This document shows positions 37,230-46,544 of a stretch of DNA of 64,000 nt, piece after piece (the first letter of the stretch is position 1; every line of letters begins with the position of its first letter). The stretch is from assembly GCA_963663275.1 (NCBI GenBank), contig OY760183.1, forward strand, positions 640,001 through 704,000. Reading direction: 5' to 3'. A program made the translations under genes and the position numbers. The notes beneath the pieces were generated by a model, which was not told the DNA's origin, made no database searches, and saw only the letters and a program-made list of their open reading frames with translations. Source of the DNA: Chloroflexota bacterium. GTDB lineage: Bacteria; Chloroflexota; UBA11872; VXOZ01.

Positions 37230-38468
37230 GTGACTACTCTCGACAATGAAGACCTAATGCAGTTGTTGCGCGCCGGTGAATCAGACCGCGTGGAGTTCAG
37301 GGAGTCCCTGCGCGGCGACGCGCCTGATCGTACCCGCCAGGCCATCTGCGCTTTTGCCAACGACCTGCCGGACCACCGCCAGCCGGGGGTCATCTTCGTG
37401 GGCGTGCGGGATGATGGGACTGCCGCGGGCCTGCCGGTGACGGATGAGCTACTCCGGCAACTGGCGGACATGAAAACCGACGGCAACATTCTACCGCCGC
37501 CCACGATGACCGTGGAGAAGCGCGCGTTGTGCGGAGCGGACATTGCCGTAATCACGGTGCAGCCGTCGGATTCGCCGCCGGTGCGCTACAGAGGCAGAAG
37601 TCACATCCGCACCGGCTCCCGGCGCGGAGTCGCGACCGCGCAGGACGAGCGCATTCTCAACGAGAAACGCCGCTACAGGGACATTCCATACGACGCGTAC
37701 CCGATCCCCTCCGCCTCTTTGAACGAGCTTAACCTGGCGTACTTTACGTACGAGTACTTGCCGCGGGCCTTTGCGCCGGAAATCTTGGAAGCCAACGAAC
37801 GCACCCTGCTCGAGCAACTTGCCGCGACCAAGATGATTGCCGCCGTCGATGAACCGGTTCCTACCGTATTGGGAATGCTCGTCTTGGGAAAACGGACGCT
37901 CTATTACTTGCCGGGGGCGTATATTCAGTTCCTACGCATCGCGGGCAACGATGTGACAGGCTCCATATCTGATGAACTGGCAATCAGCGGCACGGTTACG
38001 GACGTGCTGCGCCGACTCGACGATAAGCTGAACAGCCATAACCGCACGGCGGTTGACATTACCTCGGGTCCCGTCGAGCGGCGCACAAGCACCTACCCGG
38101 TTGAGGCAATCCAACAGATCGCGCGCAACGCGGTCATGCACCGCTCGTACGAGGGAAACAATGCTCCCGTGCGGGTCTACTGGTACGACGACCGCATCGA
38201 AGTCATGAGTCCGGGGGGAGTGTTTGGCGCGGTAACCGTAGAAAATTTCGGCCGGCCGGGCCTGACCGCCTACCGCAATCCTAATCTGGCGGAGGCAATG
38301 CGGAACGTGGAACTGGTGCAGCGTTTCGGTCTGGGCATACCCTTGGCCGAGAGATTGCTGCGTGAAGCCGGGCACCCCGCGCTTCAATTCGACGTAGACG
38401 CGCACAACGTCATCGTGACGATACGCGCGCGTGAAGGCGAACATGGATTCCCGCCTGCGCGGGAATGA
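37230..38468 (+). CDS. Schlafen/AlbA_2 domain plus HATPase_c_4 (RecG C-terminal-like) protein
   Basis: ESDRVEF, ICAFAND, IFVGVRDDG; NAVMHRSY, DDRIEVMSPGG, RNPNLA. Confidence 0.82.
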   Translation: MTTLDNEDLMQLLRAGESDRVEFRESLRGDAPDRTRQAICAFANDLPDHRQPGVIFVGVRDDGTAAGLPVTDELLRQLADMKTDGNILPPPTMTVEKRALCGADIAVITVQPSDSPPVRYRGRSHIRTGSRRGVATAQDERILNEKRRYRDIPYDAYPIPSASLNELNLAYFTYEYLPRAFAPEILEANERTLLEQLAATKMIAAVDEPVPTVLGMLVLGKRTLYYLPGAYIQFLRIAGNDVTGSISDELAISGTVTDVLRRLDDKLNSHNRTAVDITSGPVERRTSTYPVEAIQQIARNAVMHRSYEGNNAPVRVYWYDDRIEVMSPGGVFGAVTVENFGRPGLTAYRNPNLAEAMRNVELVQRFGLGIPLAERLLREAGHPALQFDVDAHNVIVTIRAREGEHGFPPARE

Positions 38469-38520
38469 CGATGCCCGGCCTGCGCGGGAGTGACGTTGCC
38501 CGGCTTGCTGACTTCTGGGC

Positions 38521-38690
38521 GTAGGGGCACGACATGTCGTGCCCCTACGGAAACCATCGCAAAACTGCGTCATTCCGGCGAAAGCCGGAATCCAGACCGC
38601 ATGTACAACTAAAGATAGCGTGCGGTCAAGCCTTGTCATCCCTATCCCAACCTTTTTCCTCAATGGGGAAGGGGTTATGCAAAGGTCTCC
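38521..38690. mobile_element. REP-A (38521-38548) with a 142-bp MITE (38549-38690) inserted at its end
   Basis: CTACG on both sides; degenerate left TIR, intact TTATGCAAAGGTCTCC right TIR. Confidence 0.82.
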
Positions 38691-38808
38691 TACGGGGTTA
38701 TTCCGTCTGTTCGCTTCCCGCTTGTCTCTCGCCTTCACCGGCGCGTACAATGCACCCTAACGATGCGTTGAAACCTCGCCTGTGCAATCCCTCTTGGAGG
38801 CTCCTGTG

Positions 38809-41766
38809 ATGGATAGAGACACATTCAAGAATCCCGGTGTCGAGTACCGCGCCGTGCCGTTCTGGTCGTGGAACGATTGGTTGGAAGACGGCGAGTTGGT
38901 GCGGCAGATCGACGAGATGGAGAAGGCCGGGTGGGGCGGCTTCTTCATGCACTCGCGGCTGGGTTTGGAGACGCCTTACATGACGCCGGAGTGGATGGAC
39001 CGCATTCGCGCTTGCGTGGAGGAGGCGCGGCGGCGCGGTATGCACGCCTGGCTCTACGACGAAGACAAGTGGCCCAGCGGCTTCGCCGGCGGCATGACCG
39101 CGCTGAAAGACCCCGACTACCGCATGAGGGTGCTCGCCTGCCGGGTGTTCAATCGCTACGACAGCTATCCGGAGAGCGTGGCGGTGTTCGCGGGCAACCT
39201 CGATAACGGCGTGCTCACCGGCGCGCGGCAGGTGCACGCCCAACAGGACGAGGCCCACCTCACCTACCTGCAATTCCACGAATGGGTCGCGCCGCTGGGC
39301 AGCCCTTGGTTCAACGGCGCCGCCTACAGCGACCAGCTTAGCGTAGAAGGCGTGGGCGAATTCATCCAGAACACCTACGCCGCCTACCATGAGGTCTTGG
39401 GCGACGACTTTGGCGGCGTGGTGCCCGGCATCTTCACCGACGAGCCGAACTTCTGCTCCTTCCATCAGGAGCACCCGGAGATTTCCGTGCCCTGGACGAA
39501 AGGGTTTGCGCGGATCTTCCAGGAGAAGTTCGGGTACGACCTGATTCCGCACCTGCCGTCGCTCTTCTACGACGTGGGTGACTTTCGCAAAGTCCGTTAC
39601 CATTACTGGCGCGCCATCACCGAGCAGTTCGTGGAGGCGTACTCGAAGCAGATCTACGAGTGGTGCGAGGCGCACAACCTCAAGCTCACCGGCCATTACC
39701 TCTACGAGGATTCGCTCCAGCAGCAGATTCCGGTCTCCGGCGCGGTGATGCCGCACTACGAGTACATGCACTATCCCGGCATCGACCACCTGCGCCGTAA
39801 CATCGCCGATCTGGTGACCCCCAAGCAGTTGGACAGTGTCGCCTGCCAACTCGGCAAGGAGCGGGCGCTCTCCGAGACCTACGGCTGCTCCGGGCAGAAC
39901 CTCTCGTTCGAAGGCCGCAAGTGGATTGGCGATTGGCAGTGCGTGCTGGGCGTGAACTTCCTCAACCCGCATCTCTCGTCGTATACGCTGCGCGGCGCGC
40001 GCAAGCGGGACTATCCGCCGGACATCTTCTACCAGCAGCCCTGGTGGCCGCATAATGCCCTGGTTGACGACTACTACGCCCGTCTCTCGTACGCGCTCAG
40101 CGAGGGCGAGCGGGTGGTAGACCTCTTGGTGGTGCATCCCATCGGCAGCGCGTGGTCGGTCTTTCGCCCGCAGAATCCCCAGGCGGCGCGCAGGATAAAC
40201 GATCCGTGGGTCGCGCTTTCCACGCGGCTGCTGGAGGAGCACTTCGACTACCACTTTGGCGATGAGTCGATCATGGCGCGGCACGCCCGCGTGGCAGACG
40301 GCTGCCTGGTCGTCGGACAGATGCGCTACCGCGTGGTTATCGTGCCGCCCAGCATCACCCTGGCGAGCACAACGGTGTCGTTGCTCCAGGCCCTCCGGGC
40401 CGCGGGCGGCGTGGTGTTCTTCTGCGATGAGAAGCCGACGCTGGTAGAGGGCGAACGCGACGAATCCGTGGACGCGCTGGTTGCCGCGTGCGAGACGCTG
40501 CCGTTGGGAGACGAACCCCTGGCGGCGACGCTGGAACCGCATCTCAGCCGGCCCGTGCGGGTCACCAACGGGGACGGCGGCGAAGTTCCCCACGTCTGGT
40601 ACAACCTGCGGCGCAACGACAGTGGGCACACCCTCTTCCTGGCCAACACCAGCCAGGACGAAGGCGGCGACTACACGGTGAGCCTGCCTGATGGTGACAA
40701 CTGGCAGGTCTGGGACGCCGCTACCGGCGAGACCCGACCCCTGCCCGCGCCAGCCGGAGCGGCCAATGGCGGCGTCACGCTGCCGTTTGCGCCGGTCGGC
40801 TCCTACCTGCTGGTCAGCGATGCGAGCGGCCAGGCCGGTGAAACCGCGCCCGCGCCGGAGTATACCGCGTCGGTGGACGCCGGCGATACGTGGGACCTGG
40901 AACTACTCGACCCCAACGCGCTTACGCTCGACTATTGCGCCTATCGCGTCGGCGACGGCGCGTGGGAAGGCCCGGCGCCCCACCTGAAGGCCCTGGAAAT
41001 CTTGCGCAGAGGCGGAACCCTGGAACACGTCCGCATCACAGGATCGGGCGTGCCGTTTGCCGTGCGGTACACGTTTGAATCCGGCCTAGCGGCGGGGCAC
41101 GACCTCACGCTGGTGGTCGAGCGGCCGGCTGACTTCCGCATCGCGGTGAACGGCACGGCGGTCCAGCACGATCCGGACGACGGCTACTGGCTGGATACCA
41201 CCTTCCGGCGCATACCCATCGGCGCGCTCGCCCGGCCGGGCACGAACACGATTACGTTGGAAGGCGTGACCAGTCTCGATATGGAGATCGAGGCGTGCTA
41301 CGTAATTGGCGACTTTGGCGTTGAGGAATCCGACGCCGGTTTCAGGCTGGTTGCAACACCGGCGCAGGCGCGGTCAGGCGATCTCACCCATCAGGGATTG
41401 CCCTTCTACGCCGGCCGCGCGCGGCTCAGCCAGCAGGTGCGGGTCTCCCGCAACGGCGCCGCCGCTGCGCTGGCGCTCGATGGTCTCGACGCCACTGTGA
41501 CGATCGCGCGCGTGAACGGCAAGCAGGCCGGCAGCGTGGTCTGGCGTCCCCATGAAATCGACGTCTCCGGCCTCTTGGTGGAGGGCGAAAACACGCTGGA
41601 ATTGGAACTCGTGGGCACGCTCCACAACCTGCTCGGCCCCCACCACCACCGCGACGGCGAAATCCTGGCAGTCTCGCCGGCCACCTTCTCCGATTGGCTC
41701 AACTGGACCGATGACTACAATTTCGTCCGCTTCGGCCTGGAGCGCGCGCGCATCCGGATGGAGTAG
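38809..41766 (+). CDS. Large glycoside hydrolase, GH106 (alpha-L-rhamnosidase)-like
   Basis: PFWSWN, GFFMHSR.GL, WLYDEDKWPSGFAGG, FTDEP, PGID. Confidence 0.8.
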   Translation: MDRDTFKNPGVEYRAVPFWSWNDWLEDGELVRQIDEMEKAGWGGFFMHSRLGLETPYMTPEWMDRIRACVEEARRRGMHAWLYDEDKWPSGFAGGMTALKDPDYRMRVLACRVFNRYDSYPESVAVFAGNLDNGVLTGARQVHAQQDEAHLTYLQFHEWVAPLGSPWFNGAAYSDQLSVEGVGEFIQNTYAAYHEVLGDDFGGVVPGIFTDEPNFCSFHQEHPEISVPWTKGFARIFQEKFGYDLIPHLPSLFYDVGDFRKVRYHYWRAITEQFVEAYSKQIYEWCEAHNLKLTGHYLYEDSLQQQIPVSGAVMPHYEYMHYPGIDHLRRNIADLVTPKQLDSVACQLGKERALSETYGCSGQNLSFEGRKWIGDWQCVLGVNFLNPHLSSYTLRGARKRDYPPDIFYQQPWWPHNALVDDYYARLSYALSEGERVVDLLVVHPIGSAWSVFRPQNPQAARRINDPWVALSTRLLEEHFDYHFGDESIMARHARVADGCLVVGQMRYRVVIVPPSITLASTTVSLLQALRAAGGVVFFCDEKPTLVEGERDESVDALVAACETLPLGDEPLAATLEPHLSRPVRVTNGDGGEVPHVWYNLRRNDSGHTLFLANTSQDEGGDYTVSLPDGDNWQVWDAATGETRPLPAPAGAANGGVTLPFAPVGSYLLVSDASGQAGETAPAPEYTASVDAGDTWDLELLDPNALTLDYCAYRVGDGAWEGPAPHLKALEILRRGGTLEHVRITGSGVPFAVRYTFESGLAAGHDLTLVVERPADFRIAVNGTAVQHDPDDGYWLDTTFRRIPIGALARPGTNTITLEGVTSLDMEIEACYVIGDFGVEESDAGFRLVATPAQARSGDLTHQGLPFYAGRARLSQQVRVSRNGAAAALALDGLDATVTIARVNGKQAGSVVWRPHEIDVSGLLVEGENTLELELVGTLHNLLGPHHHRDGEILAVSPATFSDWLNWTDDYNFVRFGLERARIRME

Positions 41767-41794
41767 GCAGGTAGGGGAACGGCTTGTACGTGGC

Positions 41795-41842
41795 CCCTCT
41801 AACGGTAGGGGCACGACATGTCGTGCCCCTACCGTTAGAGGG
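41795..41842. repeat. 48-bp perfect palindrome with REP-A core (41805-41832)
   Basis: CCCTCTAACG-[REP-A]-CGTTAGAGGG. Confidence 0.92.
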
Positions 41843-41883
41843 AGCGCATGCAAATCGTTACAACAAGGTGAAAACGTAAGGCT

Positions 41884-42501
41884 ATGGCGATAGAAGAGGC
41901 CATTCCTCCACGGCGGCGCAAGCGACGATCACTTCGCCTGAAGGACTATGACTACACGCAGCCCGGCGGATACTTTGTGACGATTTGCACTCAAGATCGC
42001 CGCTGCCTATGGGGTGACGTGCGTGCTGGAGAGATGTGGCTAAATGAGATTGGGCAAATCGCCGAGTGGTGCTGGGAGGAAGTTCCATCGCACTTTCCCC
42101 ACGTGCGTGGCGATTCTTTTGTTGTGATGCCCAATCATCTGCATGGCATCCTTATCTTGAGAGAGACGCGTAGGGGCACGACATGTCGTGCCCCTACGCC
42201 CGACACGGAGGAGTTTGCTCGACCGGTAGCAGGGTCGCTGCCGACCATCATTCGCTCATTCAAGGCTGCGGTAACGAAACACGTTAGGAGAGCAACAAAG
42301 ATCAAGGATTTTCAGGTCTGGCAGCGAGGGTACTATGAGCGGATAGTCCGTAACGAGAGAGAACTCGAACTGCTTCGGGAGTACATCGTCAGCAATCCGA
42401 TACGGTGGGCACTAGATGCCGAGAATCCTGCCGTGATTGCCGGAGGAAAGCGGGGTTTACACCAAGGCTCAGGAAGGCAGAAGCACGACCCACCAGAATA
42501 G
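41884..42501 (+). CDS. REP-associated tyrosine transposase (RAYT/TnpA-REP; HUH Y1, IS200-like fold)
   Basis: RRSLRLKDYDY, YFVTICT, MPNHLH (HUH), WQRGYYE, YI..NP (catalytic Tyr); flanked by and containing REP-A. Confidence 0.92.
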   Translation: MAIEEAIPPRRRKRRSLRLKDYDYTQPGGYFVTICTQDRRCLWGDVRAGEMWLNEIGQIAEWCWEEVPSHFPHVRGDSFVVMPNHLHGILILRETRRGTTCRAPTPDTEEFARPVAGSLPTIIRSFKAAVTKHVRRATKIKDFQVWQRGYYERIVRNERELELLREYIVSNPIRWALDAENPAVIAGGKRGLHQGSGRQKHDPPE

Positions 42502-42519
42502 GGTCTTTTCCAATTAGTG

Positions 42520-42577
42520 GTATGGTTTTCCCGCGTAGGGGCACGACATGTCGTGCCCCTACGCGGGAAAACCATAC
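42520..42577. repeat. 58-bp perfect palindrome with REP-A core (42535-42562)
   Basis: GTATGGTTTTCCCGC-[REP-A]-GCGGGAAAACCATAC. Confidence 0.92.
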
Positions 42578-42613
42578 ATAACTTCCGTAACGGCAGAGAA
42601 AGCAAAACATCCT

Positions 42614-43819
42614 GTGGCCGCATCCCAGCAACCTACGACCGTCGCCTCTCACCACCGTCCCGACCGGCTGACTATTTGGGCGTTCTACGTCGGCACGTTC
42701 CTCTACTGGGGCGCGCTTTACGTCTACTCGCCGATTCTCTCGGTCTACGCGGAATCGCTGGGCGCCACGTTTACGCTTATCGGCATCGTGGTGGGCACGT
42801 ACGGCCTGGTGCAGATGGCGCTCAGAATCCCGTTAGGGGTGTGGTCCGACCGCTGGGGCCGGCGGTTGCCGTTCCTCTACGCCGGGCATTTCTTCAACGT
42901 CGTTGGCTGCCTGGGTCTCGCGCTCGCGCCCACCGCCACGTATCTGGCGGTCTTCCGGGGCGTGCTGGGCATCAGCGCCGCCACCTGGGTGGCGTTCACC
43001 GTGCTCTACGCCAGCTACTTCCCCGCCGACGAAGCGCCCAAGGCCATGGGAATCATGTCGGCCGTCAACGGCGTCTCGCTCATCGTGGTCAACCTGGCAG
43101 GCGGGCAGATTGCCGAATCATGGGGCATGGTGGCCACGTTCTACGCTGGCGCGGGACTGGCCGTCGTCGGTTTGATTTCGACGGTGCCAATCAAGGAGCA
43201 GCGCGTCACGCGCACGCCGCCGACGGTCCGGCAGATCTGGCGGGTGATGACCCATCCGGTGCTGCTGATCGTCGCCTCGGTCACGGCGCTCAATCACTAC
43301 GCCTTCTGGGCGACCACCTTCAGCTTCGTGCCGGTATACGCCGACGACCTGGGCGCGAGCAAGTTCACGTTGGGCGTGATCGGCGTGGTCTCGCTGGTGC
43401 CCTATACGCTAGCGTCATTGGTCAATCATCGCTTTGCCCAACGCCTGGGCGATAATTGGGCGGTCTTTGCCGGCATGATGATCATGGCCGCCACCACGTT
43501 CGTGGTGCCGCTCATCCAGGACATACCGCTCCTCGCCGCCTCCCAGGGCGTCAACGGCATTGGACGCGGCATTGTCTACCCGCTGCTGATGGGTCTCAGC
43601 ATCCGGGAAATCTCCGGCGAGGATCGCGCCACCGCCATGGGGGTCTTCCAGGCCGTGTACGCCATTGGCATGTTCGTCGGCCCCATGACGGCCGGCGCCG
43701 TTGCCGACGCGCTCGGTCTCGGCGGCGCGTTCATGCTCTCCGGCGGCGTCTCGGTCTTTGCGGCGCTGGCCGCGCTCGTGCTCATCAAGCGGAAACCGGT
43801 GGAGCGGGCGGCGGCGTAG
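42614..43819 (+). CDS. MFS transporter (start uncertain)
   Basis: GVWSDRWGRR motif A; about 12 hydrophobic segments. Confidence 0.88.
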   Translation: MAASQQPTTVASHHRPDRLTIWAFYVGTFLYWGALYVYSPILSVYAESLGATFTLIGIVVGTYGLVQMALRIPLGVWSDRWGRRLPFLYAGHFFNVVGCLGLALAPTATYLAVFRGVLGISAATWVAFTVLYASYFPADEAPKAMGIMSAVNGVSLIVVNLAGGQIAESWGMVATFYAGAGLAVVGLISTVPIKEQRVTRTPPTVRQIWRVMTHPVLLIVASVTALNHYAFWATTFSFVPVYADDLGASKFTLGVIGVVSLVPYTLASLVNHRFAQRLGDNWAVFAGMMIMAATTFVVPLIQDIPLLAASQGVNGIGRGIVYPLLMGLSIREISGEDRATAMGVFQAVYAIGMFVGPMTAGAVADALGLGGAFMLSGGVSVFAALAALVLIKRKPVERAAA

Positions 43820-43981
43820 CATCCCTTTATCCGGCCCAATGAGGATTTCCCGGGTTTGGTGAAGGAGAAGTAAGTGTCGGCGCAGGCAATTCCGTGTAGC
43901 ATACACGCAAAGGGATGGCATTTCCCCGGGTGGAGACTCGCGTATAGCCGGGGATAGAGGCAAGTTGACCCCTCTCCCTGT

Positions 43982-44340
43982 GGAGACCCTTGCGTAACCG
44001 GAGAGGGAACTGACGAAGCCCAAGCGCACACGCCTCTTATCCCCTCTCCCTCTGGGAGAGGGTTAGGGTGAGGGGAGATTATGCGGCGACTCATACCCAA
44101 GTCTTGCAAAATGGGGCGGAACCGACGAGGATTCCCCCTCACCCCGGCCCTCTCCCCAGGGAGAGGGAGTGGAAGGAGCGCCGCCCGAGGTTACGCAAAG
44201 ATCTCCCCAGGGAGAGGGAGACAGTTCGCCCGATGGGTCTCGTTATGCAAAGGTCTCCACAGGGAGAGATGGCAGACGAAGCCCAGCGCACACGCGCCTC
44301 TTATCCCCTCTCCCTGTGGGAGAGGGTTAGGGTGAGGGAG
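43982..44340. mobile_element. GGAGACC-ended MITE (43982-44258, with a second internal right end) among D-family hairpins
   Basis: GGAGACCCTTGC; GCAAAGATCTCC at about 44195-44206; GCAAAGGTCTCC ending 44258. Confidence 0.7.
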
Positions 44341-44380
44341 ATTTTGTGCGAAGTCTAGCAGCGAGCAAAGGAGAAGACTC

Positions 44381-45376
44381 ATGCGCATCGGTGTACGCGC
44401 GAACCGGCGGTCGCTGGAAAGCGGCGGTGACGATTACCTCCGCTTCCTGAAGCAGATCGGCGTGGACTGCATCGACGTCGAGTTGGGAATTGTGGCGGGT
44501 TACGACGAAACCGGCCGCTTCACGCGCCAGGCGTTGCACGACCTGATCCAGCGGTTTGCCGCCGCCGGTCTGCGCATCGAGCGCGCCAACGCCACCAATT
44601 CCCACCACCTGGATGCCCTTGTCGGCGGCCCAAAGGCCGCCGAACAGCGCGATAACCTCTGCGCCATGGCGGAACTGTTGGGCGAGGTGGACGTGCCGGT
44701 GTTTGGCGTCCAGTGCTTCCAGGCGGCGAACGCCGGCGGCGGCTCCTCAACCGGGCGTTCCTGGCCGGAGGGACGCGGCGGCTACCGCTACTACCACTTC
44801 GACCTGGCGGCGGAAGAGGCCGTTCAAGCCGCGCCGCGCTTCACCGTCACCGCCGACCAACTTTGGGAAAACCTGCTTCTCACCTACAGGCAGGTTGTTC
44901 CCGTAGCGGAGAGCGCGGACATCAACGTGGCGATGCACGGCAACGATCCGCCGCTCTATGCGGTCTACGGCAATCCGCAAATCCTCTGCCGCTTCAGCGA
45001 TTTCGACCGCCTCTTCAACGAGGTGCCCAGCCCCAGGAACACCATGACCTTCTGCGTCGGCACGCGCTACGAATCCGGCGAGGACATCTTCGAAGGCATC
45101 CGCCGCTTTGGCGGCCAGGGCAAGATCGTCCACGTGCACTTCCGCAACGTGCGCGGCACCCTGCCCGCGAACGGCGCGTACAGTGAGGTCTTCCTGGATG
45201 AGGGCGATCTGCACATGCAGGCAGTCGTGGAGGCGCTTCATGCGGTACACTACCAAGGCGCGATCGACTTCGATCACGTGATGCAATTGACCGGCGATAC
45301 GGCCAACGGACACCAGTACGTCGCCTACTCGGTGGGCTACGTGCGCGCGCTGCTGGATGGGCTTGTGCGCGCGTAG
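44381..45376 (+). CDS. Mannonate dehydratase (UxuA)-family protein
   Basis: LWENL, AMHGNDPP, TFCVG, HVHFRNV, F.DEGD, DH. Confidence 0.82.
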   Translation: MRIGVRANRRSLESGGDDYLRFLKQIGVDCIDVELGIVAGYDETGRFTRQALHDLIQRFAAAGLRIERANATNSHHLDALVGGPKAAEQRDNLCAMAELLGEVDVPVFGVQCFQAANAGGGSSTGRSWPEGRGGYRYYHFDLAAEEAVQAAPRFTVTADQLWENLLLTYRQVVPVAESADINVAMHGNDPPLYAVYGNPQILCRFSDFDRLFNEVPSPRNTMTFCVGTRYESGEDIFEGIRRFGGQGKIVHVHFRNVRGTLPANGAYSEVFLDEGDLHMQAVVEALHAVHYQGAIDFDHVMQLTGDTANGHQYVAYSVGYVRALLDGLVRA

Positions 45377-45722
45377 GCGACTCTGAGCGCAAGCGCGAGG
45401 CCCGCGCGGGCGAACGCAAAAGGAAAGAGGATGGTGTGGGCCGCTGTCTGTCGTCTGCGGACGATAAGAGTGCTTCGACAGGCTCAGCACGAACGGAAAA
45501 GGGGCTTGACCGCTTGTGCTCGGCGCGAAGGGAAAGGAAACACGCGCGTGAAGCGCAACCGTTCGCCCTGAGCATCGTCGAAGGGTGAACGGTTGCGCGC
45601 TGACAGAAGAGAGCGCCGGTGTCCGCCGCAGCGCCCACAGATTGCGGCTCGCCGCAAAAAGCGCAAGGATAAGCAAGCGCAATCACACGTAAAGCCACAT
45701 GACATTAAGGAGTAGGTGAACC

Positions 45723-46487
45723 ATGCAGAAGAATCGGGCACTGGCAAAGATACGCGCCGGCGGCGTAACCGCCGGGCCGGCAATGGGCATAGATTCGCCG
45801 GACCTGGCGGAGCAGGTCGCCCACGTGGGTTTCGACTTCGTGAGTTTCGATTGGCAGCACGGGCAGTGGACCGAACTCTCGCTCAACAACGCGCTGGCGC
45901 GGTTTCTGCATACTGACACCGCGCCGGTCGTGCGCGTGAAAGGGCACGAGCCGGGCACGATCAACCGCGTGCTGGACATGGGCGCCATGGGCGTGATCAT
46001 TCCCATGGTCGAGACCGCCGAGCAGGCCGCGGCCATGGCGAGTCCGGCGCGCTTCCCGCCGGATGGCACCCGTTCCGGCGGCGGCATGAGACTCAATCTC
46101 ATCGGCGGCGGCACGGCGCAGGACTACTTTGCCGCCGCCAACGACGAGGTCATGGTCATCGTCATGGTGGAGAGCGAAGAGGCGATTGCCAACGTGGAGA
46201 GCATCATGGAGGCGGAAGGCGTGGACGTGGTGCTCATCGGCCCCGGCGACCTGATGATCAACGTGCGCGCCCACGGCCACGACGAGGCCCACCACGAGGC
46301 GCTGGTGCAGCAGGTCGCCGCCGCCGGCAAGCGCACCGGCACGGCGGCGGGCTACGTTTGCCAGAGTTACGAGCAGGCCCAACAGCGCGTGGCCGAGGGC
46401 TTCCGCTTCCTCTGGTTCGGCAACGACAGCGTTTTCGTCATGGACGGCATGAAGAATCTCCTGGAGGAAACCGCGTCGCTGGGATAG
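45723..46487 (+). CDS. HpcH/HpaI-family aldolase
   Basis: GFDFV..DWQHG, LDMGAMGVIIPMV, MVES..AI.NVE.I..GVD...IGPGDL. Confidence 0.9.
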   Translation: MQKNRALAKIRAGGVTAGPAMGIDSPDLAEQVAHVGFDFVSFDWQHGQWTELSLNNALARFLHTDTAPVVRVKGHEPGTINRVLDMGAMGVIIPMVETAEQAAAMASPARFPPDGTRSGGGMRLNLIGGGTAQDYFAAANDEVMVIVMVESEEAIANVESIMEAEGVDVVLIGPGDLMINVRAHGHDEAHHEALVQQVAAAGKRTGTAAGYVCQSYEQAQQRVAEGFRFLWFGNDSVFVMDGMKNLLEETASLG

Positions 46488-46544
46488 GCGGCGCTGATTA
46501 CAGACACGGGTAATGTCATGAAGCAGCCGAAAGCGAGGAATGCG

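Noticed and set aside
41884-42501. IS200/IS605 element with tnpB
   Set aside because: No tnpB is adjacent and the ends are multicopy GTAG REPs, which fits a RAYT.
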